Part shown: in pieces, positions 1-12,632 of the stretch
How positions within the stretch are numbered: position 1 is the stretch's first letter
Layout of the letters: every line of letters begins with the position of its first letter
Origin: Octopus vulgaris
Taxonomy: Eukaryota
Length of the DNA stretch: 64,000 nt
NCBI GenBank assembly: GCA_951406725.2
Contig: OX597816.1
Coordinates: 29,326,001 to 29,390,000, forward strand
Direction: 5' to 3'
The notes under the pieces: generated by a model
What the model was told of the DNA's origin: nothing
Databases searched by the model: none
The model's input: only the letters and a program-made list of their open reading frames with translations
Program-made: the position numbers and the translations under genes

Positions 1-175
1 ACTAGCTACAAAACATACAAATCGCTCCATTCTTCAACTCACGCTCTCTCTCTCTCACTCTCTCGCTTTGCCTCTAACTCGTTGTCCTCTGTGTATTTGC
101 ACATAAAATGATGCACATAACTATACACATATGGGTCTATCTATCTATCTATATCTCTCTCTATTTATCTCTTCT

Positions 176-420
176 TTTATTCTGTTATTCTTTTGCTTGC
201 TTCAGTCATTTGACTGCCACCTTGCTGGAAGACCTCTTTAAAGGGTATTAGCCAAAGAAATCGATCCCGGGCCTTATTCTTTGTGTGCCTAGTACTTATT
301 CTATCGGACTTTGTTGTCGAACCGCTAAGGTATGTGGATATAGGCACACCAGCACTGGTTGGCAAACGATGGTGAGGGTACAAGCGCAGATACATACACA
401 CAAATATAAATAAATATATG

Positions 421-480
<60 letters not shown>
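176..480 (-). mobile_element. tRNA-derived SINE family A, 3' half only, ending in its internal (TA)/(CA) tract
   Basis: Aligns by eye with the tail of the full copy at 25527-25933 (ttcagtcatttgactg...gaaccgctaag...acaccagca). Confidence 0.8.
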
Positions 481-482
<2 letters not shown>

Positions 483-488
483 TATATT

Positions 489-916
489 ATTTTATTCTCT
501 TATTTGTTTCAGTCATTTGATTGCAACCATGATAGAGCACCACTTGCAATGATGTTAGCCGAATATATCGACACTAGGACTTCTTTTTAAGCGCAGTACT
601 TATTCTATTGGTCGCTTGCGCTGAACCACTAAGTTACGGCCATGTAAGCACACTAACACCAGTTCTAGAGTCGTGGTAGATTGACAAATATAGACACACA
701 GAAACACACATAGGTATACACATACTGTACATACATACATATATACATATATACATATATATATAGATATACGACGGGTTTCTTTCAGTTTCCTTCTACC
801 AAAAACACCCTCAAGGCTTTGGTCAGCTCGAGGCTACAGCAGGTGGTCCCACGCTGTGGAAATGAAACCGGAAACATGTGGGAAGCAAGCTTCTTAACAC
901 GCAGCCACTCCTGCTC

Positions 917-918
<2 letters not shown>
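489..918 (-). mobile_element. tRNA-derived SINE family A, diverged near-full copy
   Basis: Minus strand begins ggagcaggagtggctgcgtgttaag (A-box-like) then ccggtttcatttcc (degenerate B-box). Body and tail match 25527-25933. Confidence 0.8.
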
Positions 919-962
<44 letters not shown>

Positions 963-1180
963 ACTCACACATAACGATGTGTAATCGTACGATCCAGTGA
1001 TCTGGGTGTAGGAAGTGAGTAAGATTCGAGCAATCTGTAGGAAGCATAAAAATCAATTTTGAGGAATAGTAAATTATTGGCGCAGAAGGATTTTTTGGGT
1101 TTTTTTTTCCCATATCGATGTTCGATAAATTCAAAACAGTGTCTTTTGTAGTTCATGACTAACAACCAGGGTTTTTATGA

Positions 1181-1467
1181 ATGCGAATAAAAATCCAAAT
1201 TCAGAGAATGCAGCACGTAAAATCCAGGCTGCATATGTTTCCTAGCTAGCAGCACCTTATCCGGATATAATTATTACTCATCAGGACGGAGATAGCTTGG
1301 TTAAATGAAGGTTACATTGTCGTCAAGGGATCGTAAGTTAACTCGCAGAAGATGCAATTTAAAAGAGAGAGTATCTCGAGTTGTGTAATTCTAATTTCCG
1401 AGATTCTGCTAGCTATAAAACATATGTAGCCTAGATTTTACCTTGTTCCTTCCCTAAGTTTCGATAT
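1181..1467. mobile_element. MITE-like fold-back element with ~70-bp imperfect terminal inverted repeats (unit 1)
   Basis: aaaatccaggctgcatatgtttcctagctagcag (~1219) is the near reverse complement of ctgctagctataaaacatatgtagcctagatttt (~1406). Confidence 0.65.
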
Positions 1468-1502
1468 GTGTATATGTATGTATGTATATATAAATATATA
1501 TA

Positions 1503-1784
1503 CAAAATTTAGGAAATGGAGTAGATAAAATCCAGGCTTCATATGTTTCGTAGCTAGCACAACCTCTGAAGTAATAATTGCCCAAACGAAGTGCAAACCG
1601 CTACCTAGCAACTCGTCAGAACAAAGATACCTTCATTTGACTAAGTTACCTTTGGCCTGACCAGTAGCTAGTGGAGTACCCCTTTTTAGTTTATAAGAAA
1701 TACTGAGTTTTTGCTGGCTATGAAGCATATGTAGCCTAGATTGTGTCTACTCCATTCCCTAAATTTGGATTTTATTTGCATACA
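1503..1784. mobile_element. MITE-like fold-back element (unit 2), same family as unit 1, opposite orientation
   Basis: aaatttaggaaatggagtagataaaatccaggcttcatatgtttcgtagctagca pairs with tgctggctatgaagcatatgtagcctagattgtgtctactccattccctaaattt. The interior accttcatttgactaagtta is the inverse of unit 1 tagcttggttaaatgaaggt. Confidence 0.65.
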
Positions 1785-2323
1785 TAACAATCGCAGTTGC
1801 TCATCGGCTTATCGAACTTCGATATGGGAAAAACCTATGGACTTCTACGTCGAAAAACCACAATTGTCCCAGCAAGTTGTACGTTTTATACATTGTACGT
1901 ATTGCTCAAATATTACTAAATTCATACAACTCGCACACACACGCACACACACATACAAAAACACACACATGCAAACACACACACACATACGCACACACAC
2001 AGAGGCATAAATAGTAGCTTCGTAGCAAGTTTTCAAACGAAAGGCAAAATTATATGAAATCAGTGAATGATTTCTACGGTGATATTACAAGCTGACAAAT
2101 GTAGTTGAGTTTAACCGAAGACGCAGGTGAGAGCCACGGACAAGCATTAATGTAAATGTGACATCACTGGTGATCTGGCTATGCCAGGTGCTTAGAGAGC
2201 TCTCCTCTCTTGTCACTTAATAAGACGGTGTGTTATTGTGGCTATGAGTAGTTTTGTCTATTATTTCCAGCAATACTGGTGCTGAGTAGAGCCTCAGTCG
2301 CTTTAGTGACGTACACACAGACA

Positions 2324-2395
<72 letters not shown>

Positions 2396-2397
2396 CA

Positions 2398-2910
2398 CTA
2401 GCAGTATCGCCCGGCGTTGCTCGGGTTTGTAAGGGAAATAACTATATAAGCATTTTTAGAGAGTTACTTCCCTTATAGATGCCAATTCGGGCTTTCTTAG
2501 CCATTTCTGTTTTGGTGTCTTCAAGCCATGAAGTCGTTGTTCTAAAAGAGTGCTGGTCTCCTTGACAACGCTTTACGACGTTGATTTCCTTACACTCCCT
2601 TCCCTACAGCTTCCCGAGGGAGGGAAGAAGGGGGAGAAGCAAACAGGTGCAGGTGTGACCATGGACGCCAACTCCGCCGCCATCGACACACGAAAAATTA
2701 TGCATTAAAATGGAATAAAAAATGATGTTAAATTATTTTTTAAATCGTAGACTCATCGTAGACGCGCGCTAATACTCAGACGGGCTCGATATGAATCACG
2801 ACTATAAGATACCCGAATTTGGTTAAACGGCACCGCAAAATGTGGGAGTAGTTAGGAATCTAAATCGAAGGGGACAGACACTCACACAACTACAGTTTTG
2901 TATATATAGA
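2398..2910 (-). mobile_element. Non-autonomous Helitron
   Basis: Minus strand reads A|TCTATATATA...hairpin CCCGAGCAACGCCGGG...CTAG|T. It has the 5' TC, 3' CTAG, subterminal hairpin (2410-2425) and A^T insertion with no TSD. The terminal ~70 bp are shared with 29590-29971. Confidence 0.8.
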
Positions 2911-3337
2911 TATCCATATATAACCGTGAGCAGATATATAATGACTACTCGGAGATTTCAAACGTGAGAGGTTACTTTTTGGGAGCTGAAAACTTCTACT
3001 TCATTCCTCACTAAATTGAAAAGGTGAGCTCAGCATTCAATTTAATCTATGATATCGTTTCTCACTTGCGTGCTCTCGTAGGGTATCAATCAAACACTTC
3101 ATAACTGAACAATTGTTGCCAAAATACCCGCATGTATATAATCGCCAAATGTGAAGACAAACGTCATTAAAGATTGAAATTTAATTTCTACTTTTAAATG
3201 CCCCCGACCTTTTAGGTTCATCATTGTTTATGTATACACACAGGCACACACAGACACACACAGACACGCACACAAACACACACACACAAACAAGCACACA
3301 CCCATATATTCATAGGTATGTGTGAACGTTTGAGGGT

Positions 3338-3541
3338 TCTACTCTTACTCTTTACTCTTTTACTTGTTTCAGTCATTTGACTGCGGCCATGCTGGAGCAC
3401 CGCCTTTAGTCGAGCAAATCGACCCCGGGACTTATACTTTGTAAGCCCAGTACTTATTCTATCGGTCTCTTTTGCCGAACCGCTAAATGACGGGGACGTA
3501 AACCAACCAGCATCGGTTGTCAAGCAATGCTAGGGGGACAA

Positions 3542-3621
<80 letters not shown>

Positions 3622-3719
3622 GACAGGCTTCTTTCAGTTTCCGTCTACCAAATCCACTCACAAGGCTTTGGTCGGCCCGGGGCCATAGTAGAAGCCACTT
3701 GCCCAAGGTGCCACGCAGT
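3338..3719 (-). mobile_element. SINE family A, young copy lacking the tRNA head
   Basis: Nearly identical to 25527-25868, with an internal (CA)n(TA)n. It stops at ccacgcagt, before the B-box. Confidence 0.85.
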
Positions 3720-4499
3720 TTGGTGTTACCCAGTTTGAGGGTTCTATTAGTAATACATTTTATAAATAAATCATATTCGGGTTTGAGCCCATTTATTGAT
3801 AGTGTCGCTTGATTAAATGATATTTGTTTTGAATGAATTGAGTACTCAGATTTCAAACGCAAATTCATAATATGTAGTCTAATCACCAATCGAATAAACA
3901 TAAGTACACACATGCACTGACTGGTTTACAACTACATTTGTGTTACTTGCACTATAGGCTACTTGGCAATCCTTGTCTCTTCAAGTATGATATTAACGAT
4001 TGCTTCATTTCCTCTGAGCCAATCCTTTTCTCCCGCACCATCACTGTACTGTTTACATTATAATTAACCATTCAATACCTCTGTGGTTATGTATTTTATA
4101 GAAGCTACTTATTTGATGCGAATTCTGGCATAGCTCTGGTAATTAAAGAAAGTTGATTTACGTGTTCTCATTGAAACTGATATGATAACAACTTTCTCAA
4201 TTATCACCCTCGGCATATAGATGAAAGATAGGATGAATTAGGGAACAGGTGAATAAGTGAGTTCATAACCTTAGTTTAGAAATAAATATTTCTTGTTCGA
4301 TTTTAATCCACTCTTGTGTTTATTGGCCTATCCATATATGGGAATGTTGATGACGTTTGATGAACTAAATTGAGCCGATTTATATACTAAAACGTTCCAC
4401 TGTAGGTAAGGCCCAAATAATGACAACCTTATTAACAACAACATATCTTAAACAATGCCACTTCTATGAGGTGTTTGTTCATATTCTCAAATACCATAA

Positions 4500-4760
4500 T
4501 GATAATTTGCTTTTTGAAACCTTGCAAAAGAGGTACAACAATATTGAAAGGTTTGAAATATATCGACTCTGAAGAACGTTTATGGTTCCTGTGTCAATGA
4601 TCCGAATGAGGTCTTCAAACTTTAAATTACATATATTTCAAGTCAGCAAGATTACCTTTCCCGTCAGAAGTATGTGAGATATACGTTGGGAGCAGAGGTT
4701 TGTATTGACAAAAGGACACAGAGTGAGAAAAATGGAAAGTGCTGTACATCGAATAGATAT
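4500..4760 (+). mobile_element. Possible highly decayed CR1/L2-type LINE ORF2 3' remnant
   Basis: Broken frames read LQKR/TILKGLKYIDSEERL and KGHRVRK, resembling the CR1 C-terminal QRRATK..GL...YEERL and RGH motifs. Confidence 0.35.
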
Positions 4761-5243
4761 TTCTAACGCTAACACTGAAGTGTTAAATATCAAGGCGGGA
4801 AAAATATCTCGAAAGAGGAAGAAGAAATAATTTTTTCACATGTGTTTTCACACACGCCCAGGATTAATGAATGCTAAAGACATAAACTAATATTCTGACG
4901 TACACAAACATAACTGTGGAAATTTATTAATGTATCATATGACAAACTGTAGCCAGGAGAGCAGAATCAACTATTGTCAATTTATTATCTCAAAAGAAAA
5001 AAGAAAGAAAGAAAAACGACAGATGTTACCCGAACTTTAAAACTTCATTACATTGAATTACACAAGTAGTGAATCAACTCTGTGTTACCAATTGTTACAT
5101 GACAGCAAAAACAAAAATATGATATATGTGTTTCTGCAAAGTCTCCGGTCTGGCGAGGTCGATGGGAGAAGAGAATTACTACAACAATCTCTTGATTTTT
5201 TTTAGGCATTGTCTCTCAGAATATATGGGCATCGAATATATAT

Positions 5244-5478
5244 ATTTCTTTATTGCCCATAAGGGGCTAAACATAGAGATGACAAACAAGGACAGACAAA
5301 GGGATTAAGTCGTTTTACATCGACCCCAGTGCGTAACTGGTACTTAATTTATCGACCCCGAAAGGATGAAAGGCAAAGTCGACCTCGGCGGAGTTTGAAC
5401 TCACAACGTAACGACAGACGAAATACGGCTACGCATTTCGCCCAGCGTGCTAACGTTTCTGCCAGCTCGCCGCCATCA
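5244..5478 (-). mobile_element. tRNA-derived SINE family B, full copy with 15-bp TSD
   Basis: Minus head ggcggcgagctggcagaaacgttagc, B-box-like gagttcaaactcc, core gtcgactttgcctttcatcctttcggggtcgataaattaagtacc. TSD gcatcgaatatatat at 5229-5243 and 5479-5493. Confidence 0.9.
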
Positions 5479-6898
5479 GCATCGAATATATATGTCATCA
5501 GAAATAATTTCCAAGCAGCTAGTCATATGTGAACCTAATACTTTTACAATGCAGAAAAAAATATTTGAATCAAACCATGTAAATACCTGGAAGAGTTTAT
5601 GTGAAATTTTTCAGTATCTCTTTTCAATATATGTTATATGAAATTCAAAATAACACAATGATCTAACATACATTTAGATATTATTTAACAGGGGTGGGGA
5701 TTGGGGGCGACGTGTTTCACTTTTCAAGACATGCAAGTAACAAGTTTGAAGATTTAAAAATATATTGTTTTATGTGTGTATACATACATAGGTACGTAGG
5801 TAAATTCATGCATATATAACATACATACATACATGCATACGTACATACATATTTGTAAGGTCCAAGGATATAGAGAATTTATGTAATACTTCTGGAACAA
5901 AAAGATTATTACATACATTCTATATATCTATTGAAGTTAGTAGGTTGTATACTTACTCCACAATAATTTTAAGTATTTAGCAATGTTCGCATCTATTTCT
6001 ATGATGGTTCTACTCTACCTAATCTTTTTCGATATTCAAATGATACCTTTATAATAACATAAATTATTATACCCCATATACCCATACTTAACTCTTAATA
6101 TAAAATATAAGATTCCCAAAAATTATTTCTATTTCTCTCTATTTCCATTTTCTATATGCATTTTTTGGTTACCTCCCTTCCATTGTAGTTAATTAACTTT
6201 GGTATTTAAATCAATAATGGTATCCTGTTTACTAAAAATCTCATTCTAAAAAATCTTCTAAATTACCCTAATTAATATTTTATAGCCTTATACGACTAGA
6301 TAATATTGTTTAAAAAGTTTTGTTTTGAGAAATTACTTGATTTCTCTTTCTCTTAAATATTTCTACCCTCATAATCTTAGTATGTATAAGGGAGCTTTGT
6401 ATAAATAGCATTTTGTAATTATCAATTAGAAATCAATCATCATGTAAGGCTTAATAATAGCAATTTCTTAAACCTATAATAAAACCCATAATTTTTTTAA
6501 AAAGATTTGTTGATAATAAAAATTTTTATCCAATCACTTAATTATTTCTTTACCCGAATTAAACATCAGTCATTTATAGATATTCTCCTGACAAGTAAAT
6601 ATAATTTTTAGTCGAAAATTTAGAATTATAATTTTTGTCTGACAAATTACCTTTCTTATTGATGTAAATAAGCTAAATATACCTTACAAGAGTTTTTGGA
6701 ATATAAATCGTTTTACCCCCTTGTCTATAATATTCTACAAAGAATTATATTTTTATTTTTTTGTTTCTTTATTTTACTTTAAAGCCAATCTCTTTTCTAT
6801 TTATTTACTATATAATTTTATTTAAAATATATCTCTATAAATTTCATACTCAGCATATATAAAACTATGCTGGTATATTCCCTGTTTCTAATAAGAAA

Positions 6899-6950
6899 TT
6901 GGTTGGTTGGCATCCTTTCTGTCTCGGGAGACAATGGAGTTGCGCATGCT
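6899..6950 (-). mobile_element. Short 3' tail of an RTE/BovB-like LINE or an RTE-dependent SINE
   Basis: Minus strand tccattgtctcccgagacagaaaggatgccaaccaaccaa resembles RTE-BovB 3' ends, with a (CCAA)n tail. Confidence 0.5.
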
Positions 6951-7091
6951 CAAACTAACATTGTTAATATTTAATATATAAATTTTAACATATTCCTTTA
7001 ACTTAACTTTCCTTTATTTAATACCAATAATTACCATTTAATAAATAACTATAAATATATGTTAAGTTAGTGTAGAAATATATAAATATGG

Positions 7092-7479
7092 GTGGAGGCG
7101 CAATGGCCCAGTGGTTAGGGCAGCGGACTCGCGATCGTAGGATCGCGGTTTCGATTCCCAGACCGGGCGTTGTGAGTGTTTATTGAGCGAAAACACCTAA
7201 AGCTCCACGAGGCTCCAGCAGGGGATGGTGGTGATCCCTGCTGTACTCTTTCACCACAACTTTCTCTCACTCTTACTTCCTGTTTCTGTTGTACCTGTAT
7301 TTCAAAGGGCCGGCCTTGTCACTCTCTGTGTCACGCTGAATATCCCCGAGAACTACGTTAAGGGTACACGTGTCTGTGGAGTGCTCAGCCACTTACACGT
7401 TAATTTCACGAGCAGGCTGTTCCGTTGATTCGGATCAACCGGAACCTTCGTCGTCGGAACCGACGGAGTGCTTCCATCC
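7092..7479 (+). mobile_element. tRNA-derived SINE family C (head C, tail X) with 12-bp TSD
   Basis: A-box tggcccagtgg and B-box-like ggtttcgattccc; ends in (tcca)n. TSD atataaatatgg at 7080-7091 and 7480-7491. Confidence 0.9.
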
Positions 7480-10400
7480 ATATAAATATGGAATTATTTC
7501 TATATTTTCTGTCCCTCTATTGTGTAAAAATTTGATAATACTGAAAGTATTCAGAAATATTCTTTTTAGTGCTCTTTAGAATAACTCTAAAATGTATCTG
7601 TGTATATACAAATAACATTGTTTTATGGTAGGTAAATGTTTGATACTATATGATTTCACTCATTACCCCATTAGCATTAGCCTGCAAATTTAGCTACTAT
7701 AATCTTGTCTGAAATATATTCTTACTGAACCAAATGGTTTTACTTCAAAGAAATCTTGATTTATGACTCTGCCACTTAAATTGTCTGTCTATTTTGCCCT
7801 ATCCATAAAGGATATATTGTAGTTTCTCTTAGATTTGATGAACTAGTCTATAAACGAAAACTAAGACTCCCGACTAGTAAATCTGAATAACACAAATAAT
7901 CAGTGATAAGCAGTATCTTTTTTGAAAAACTCTCAATTAAATCTATGATGTTGTTGATAAAAAACGTTCTTTGTCTATATACTTATCCTGTTGGTAATTT
8001 CAGATAAAAAGAAAATTATAGAAATGAATCCTTCGAATATAACTAAATTCTATATTTTTATGTAGCTGAAGATTGCTCTACATTTTAAATTGATGTAATA
8101 TTTGCATTGTTCAATTAAATGGAGTCGTATGAAACAATCGTATTGCATTACCTCTGGATATCCTTGTTGCTTATTTTTATTATAATCACCCCATTTAGAA
8201 TTATATGGATAATACCATACTAAATTGTTAATCTAAATTTTACCATATTCATCTGAATCTACATTTTACTGAAATTATATACATATATATACATGTTTTT
8301 TTTTAATATTTATGTAATATGATATTATGGTATGTTATATTCATAGTATTTAATGTAATATAATGTAATGTAAATGAATTATTGGATTGTCATTCGAGTA
8401 TGTCTATATTTAATTTATCTTTATAATTGAATTGTACCAATATTTATATGGTATCCAAATGATGTACCACTGAATTGGATATTTAACACACCCCTTTGAA
8501 TGATTTCTTTCCCTCTGTTTGTTACTATATATATATATATTTATATATACATATATATATATGAGTATGTATGTATGTATATATGCATTAATTGAGAAAA
8601 TGAAGTGATTTTGAATAAAGCAGATGTAGATCTTTCTATATATATATTAAATTAGCAATCGAACCAGTTTTGTTTGCCTAGCTTATAAAAGGAAAAATAC
8701 TGATACATTTCTTACATGTGCGTATGTAAAACGATGTGTTAATATGTTAATAGAAGGGGTTTGGCTATACTGGAATTGTTTGATGTATGCATATGTTAGA
8801 CTGTGTGTATATGTACGCGTGTGCATGAACTTGTATTGATATACTCCGTGTGCATCTCTGTAATGCAAATTTGTGTGAATGTTTATGTATGTATTTCTTC
8901 CGTACATATATTCTGTTGACTCCATGGAACAGAAAAAAATTCTTGGAATACGTTATAAATTTTGACTGCATGAACCTGTTTTGATTAACTTCGTTTCACC
9001 TTAAGTTTCTTTTTTCATCGAGTTTTTTTTATCATTATATTTCCATTGAGATCTATTTTAAAACCATTTTCTGTTGACCATATCTATTCAGCACTTAATA
9101 TTTTATAAAGTTGCAAATGTTACTTTTTATATTTTTACATAAACTATTATGAGAGTGCAATATATAAATATTTAACACATATATTATCACATAGATAAGA
9201 TTTTTTCCCATTCTAAAAGTCGTTAATTCGGTTCTGGTGTAATTATACAATGAGCGTACATTTGTGTGTAAATAAAAGCAAGTGTCCAGATGTATTGCGA
9301 ACGTGCATACGTGTGAGTGCGTGTACGTGTCCGTGTGGTTGTAAGTATGTGTGTGTGCACCTATCTACGTGTGCTTTTATAATCGAAGCGGGTTTCTTAT
9401 ATATTTATATTTATATATTATTAAAAGATAGATTTATAAATTTGTATTTAGAAATTTATTTTAATAAATTATATATATTTGATGTGTTCTATGTATTTAT
9501 TTTATCCATGCCATGTATTAATATTTAAATAGTATGTTCTTATAGATTTTAACAAATGAAAATACATACAATATACAAAAATATGAATGTTACCGCGGTG
9601 TCTAACCAGAATCCAGCATTACATTCAGTCATGTAAGTATAGTGATTTAATTCTGCAATACTTATAACTCTCTTAGAACAGAAACGTGTAACGTCATGTA
9701 ATGCGTTGTTACGTGCTCAGTTTAAAATGAATAGGATGAAACTCCAGAATACATACTGATTAACATTTATGTCCTTGTTTGCGCATACTTTTGTGCAAGC
9801 GTATAAAAATACTGACTTTCGCCTACCCATCCAACACACATGTCTCCGAAATAAATGATCAGTGAATGGAGTTTTCAATTTTGTCCACTTAATATTATCA
9901 AATTAGGAGAGAATAACAATTTCTAAAAAACATTTGTGACTCCATATCACTCTTATTATCCAGTAATTATTGCTGCAGTGAGTTAATATTCTCGATATTA
10001 ATTATGTTCTATAAAATATCATTCAATTAGTAATCATTTCTTCATTCTTGTTTATTTCTTGAATAAATTTTAACATTACATGTCTCCATACCCATGGAGG
10101 TCGAAACTAGAGGTACAGGGAAGAAAATCAAAAAGGGAGATGGAAAAGTTAGTTAAGATTTCAAATGTATGAAACTTAACTGGTAAGCAAATCTCTCTTC
10201 AGAACTGTTACACTAGGAATATTCAATATCAGCATCAAATCTGCACTATATTATATTCTACCATTGCTAATGTCTGCAGTTATCATCGGAAAGCTCAAAA
10301 GTTGCACGAAAAGGTATTCTGAGAAAACTATGTATATTAAATATCTAGGAACAAATATCACTGTGTCAATGTCTTGCAAGATATCATCAGCTAATTTATA

Positions 10401-11379
10401 GCGAAAAGTAGTGGAGGTGGGCAGGTACTGTTCTGTGTTATGTGCGCAAAGTCATAACTTGGTTCGGATTCCATAAAAGAAATGGACGGTAGATTTATGG
10501 ATTATCATGTCACAATGGTGTGAAAATAAATTAAAGATAACACGGATGGCACGGACGCATATGTCAAGAAATGCTCAAGAGAGAGGGCAGAAATGTTTTG
10601 GGGAAAAATATTCCAAATATCCAGATACCCCACGATGATGGTGATGATGATGATGATGAAGATAATTATGATGATGATGTGGAGCTGGCGGTTGATAACG
10701 AGTGATGTTTTCGCAGTTATTATTTTCATGTGCATATTTTGTATTCTTAAATCAATATATATACTTATCATTCATGTAACTTGTATACATGAACGGTAGA
10801 AAAATAGATTGAACAGCAAAATAATTATTATACTATGTATTGGTAGTATATGGTTCCGCTTACAATAGTGACAGCGATAGTGAATAGTTACATTTCCACT
10901 TCATAGTATGCCATCAAGTCAGTGCACAGTTCGATATCAATTAATGAATTTAAATGTTATGTAATCCAAAATTATAGCTTCCGTGGGGACTACAATTTGT
11001 CCCTGTAGAGACTAAATCTGGTGCATTCTTGCTTATAGAAGACGGAGATATAGGTGAAGGAGTGTGGCTACATAATTACCATTATTTTGTCATACATCAA
11101 ATGAGTTTTAGTTACAACTTAAAAGTGACGAGGTGAACGGTTTTCAATAGTTGTTTAGTAATTTAAAGTTATGAAAGAGTCTTTCTTCATAAGAAAAACA
11201 TAACCTATTAGATTGTTTAAAGTGTCTCTTAAATTAAGAACAAGCAAATGCTTGAAAGATTTCCACCCAGCATTCCTCGTTTGCCGCAGTCCAGCAGCAT
11301 AACAATGTTGATTGTAGTATTCCAAAAGCATTTGCATTCAACCTCCCTTGTTTATCCTATCAATATGTTTATAATTAAC

Positions 11380-11623
11380 GTTTCTACTCTAGGCACAAGG
11401 CCCGGAATTTCTAGTTGACTAGATCGACTCCAGCACGTACTTAATTTATCGACCCCGAAAGGATGAAAGGCAAAGTCCACCTCGGCGGAATTTGAACTCA
11501 GAACGTAGCGGTTGACGAAATACCTATTTCTATTTCTTTACTACCCACAAGGGGCTAAACGTAGAACTCACAACGTAACTGCAGACGATATACCGCTAAG
11601 CATTTCTCCCGACGTGCTAACGT
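11380..11623 (-). mobile_element. SINE family B, dimeric and internally deleted copy
   Basis: Core tttatcgaccccgaaaggatgaaaggcaaagtc is present, plus a second head and tail segment joined at gacgaaatacc|tatttct. Confidence 0.75.
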
Positions 11624-11647
11624 ATAATATCTTTAAAACAATGAGTA

Positions 11648-11862
11648 TGCGGTGAGCTGGCAGAATCTTTAGCACTGCGGGCGAAATCCTTAGTGGCATT
11701 TCGTCCGTTTTTTACATTCTGAGTTCAAATTACATCGGGGTCCACTTTTACTTTCATCATTTCGTTGTCGATAAAATAAGTAACAGATGATCACTGACGT
11801 CGACGTAAAGGACTTAAACCTGGCCCCAAATTTGCTGGCTTTGTGCCAAACTTTGGAAGCGA
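11648..11862 (+). mobile_element. SINE family B, diverged
   Basis: gcggtgagctggcagaatc head, ctgagttcaaatt, and the ctttcatcatttcgttgtcgataaaataagta core. Confidence 0.75.
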
Positions 11863-12632
11863 TATATACAAAATGAAGTACTAATCATTTACAAATCTAA
11901 GTCTTTGGGTTTGTACTCAAATAAGAAATCATTGTTGTACATAGTAAGTTGAATTTTATTTTTAGGTAATGTGATTATATCAGATAATGTACAGTCCTGA
12001 TAGATGTATTACTGAAACTGAAACAACATTAAGAACCCGAGCTTAACTAAGGATTTAAATTTCAATATAAAATAGAATATTTTGTCTGATAATGTGTGCT
12101 ATCTAGCGCATTTGTGCACTTGGGAAATAAATTATATCTGTTTTTCGTGGAAGCTACTTCGTGGAAGCTACTTCGTCCGTTTTTTACATTCTGAGTTCAA
12201 ATTACATCGGGGTCCACTTTTACTTTCATCATTTCGTTGTCGATAAAATAAGTAACAGATGATCACTGACGTCGACGTAAAGGACTTAAACCTGGCCCCA
12301 AATTTGCTGGCTTTGTGCCAAACTTTGGAAGCGATATATACAAAATGAAGTACTAATCATTTACAAATCTAAGTCTTTGGGTTTGTACTCAAATAAGAAA
12401 TCATTGTTGTACATAGTAAGTTGAATTTTATTTTTAGGTAATGTGATTATATCAGATAATGTACAGTCCTGATAGATGTATTACTGAAACTGAAACAACA
12501 TTAAGAACCCGAGCTTAACTAAGGATTTAAATTTCAATATAAAATAGAATATTTTGTCTGATAATGTGTGCTATCTAGCGCATTTGTGCACTTGGGAAAT
12601 AAATTATATCTGTTTTTCGTGGAAGCTACTTC
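11700..12632. repeat. Direct tandem duplication, period 472 bp, with a nested 14-bp micro-duplication at the junction
   Basis: 11700-12160 recurs at 12172-12632, apparently identical by eye. gtggaagctacttc is repeated at 12147-12160 and 12161-12174. Confidence 0.92.

Noticed and set aside
7094-7170. tRNA-like sequence (also at ~25870-25933, 43390-43460 and 49855-49926)
   Set aside because: These are SINE heads continuing into repeat bodies, with no intact cloverleaf or acceptor stem.
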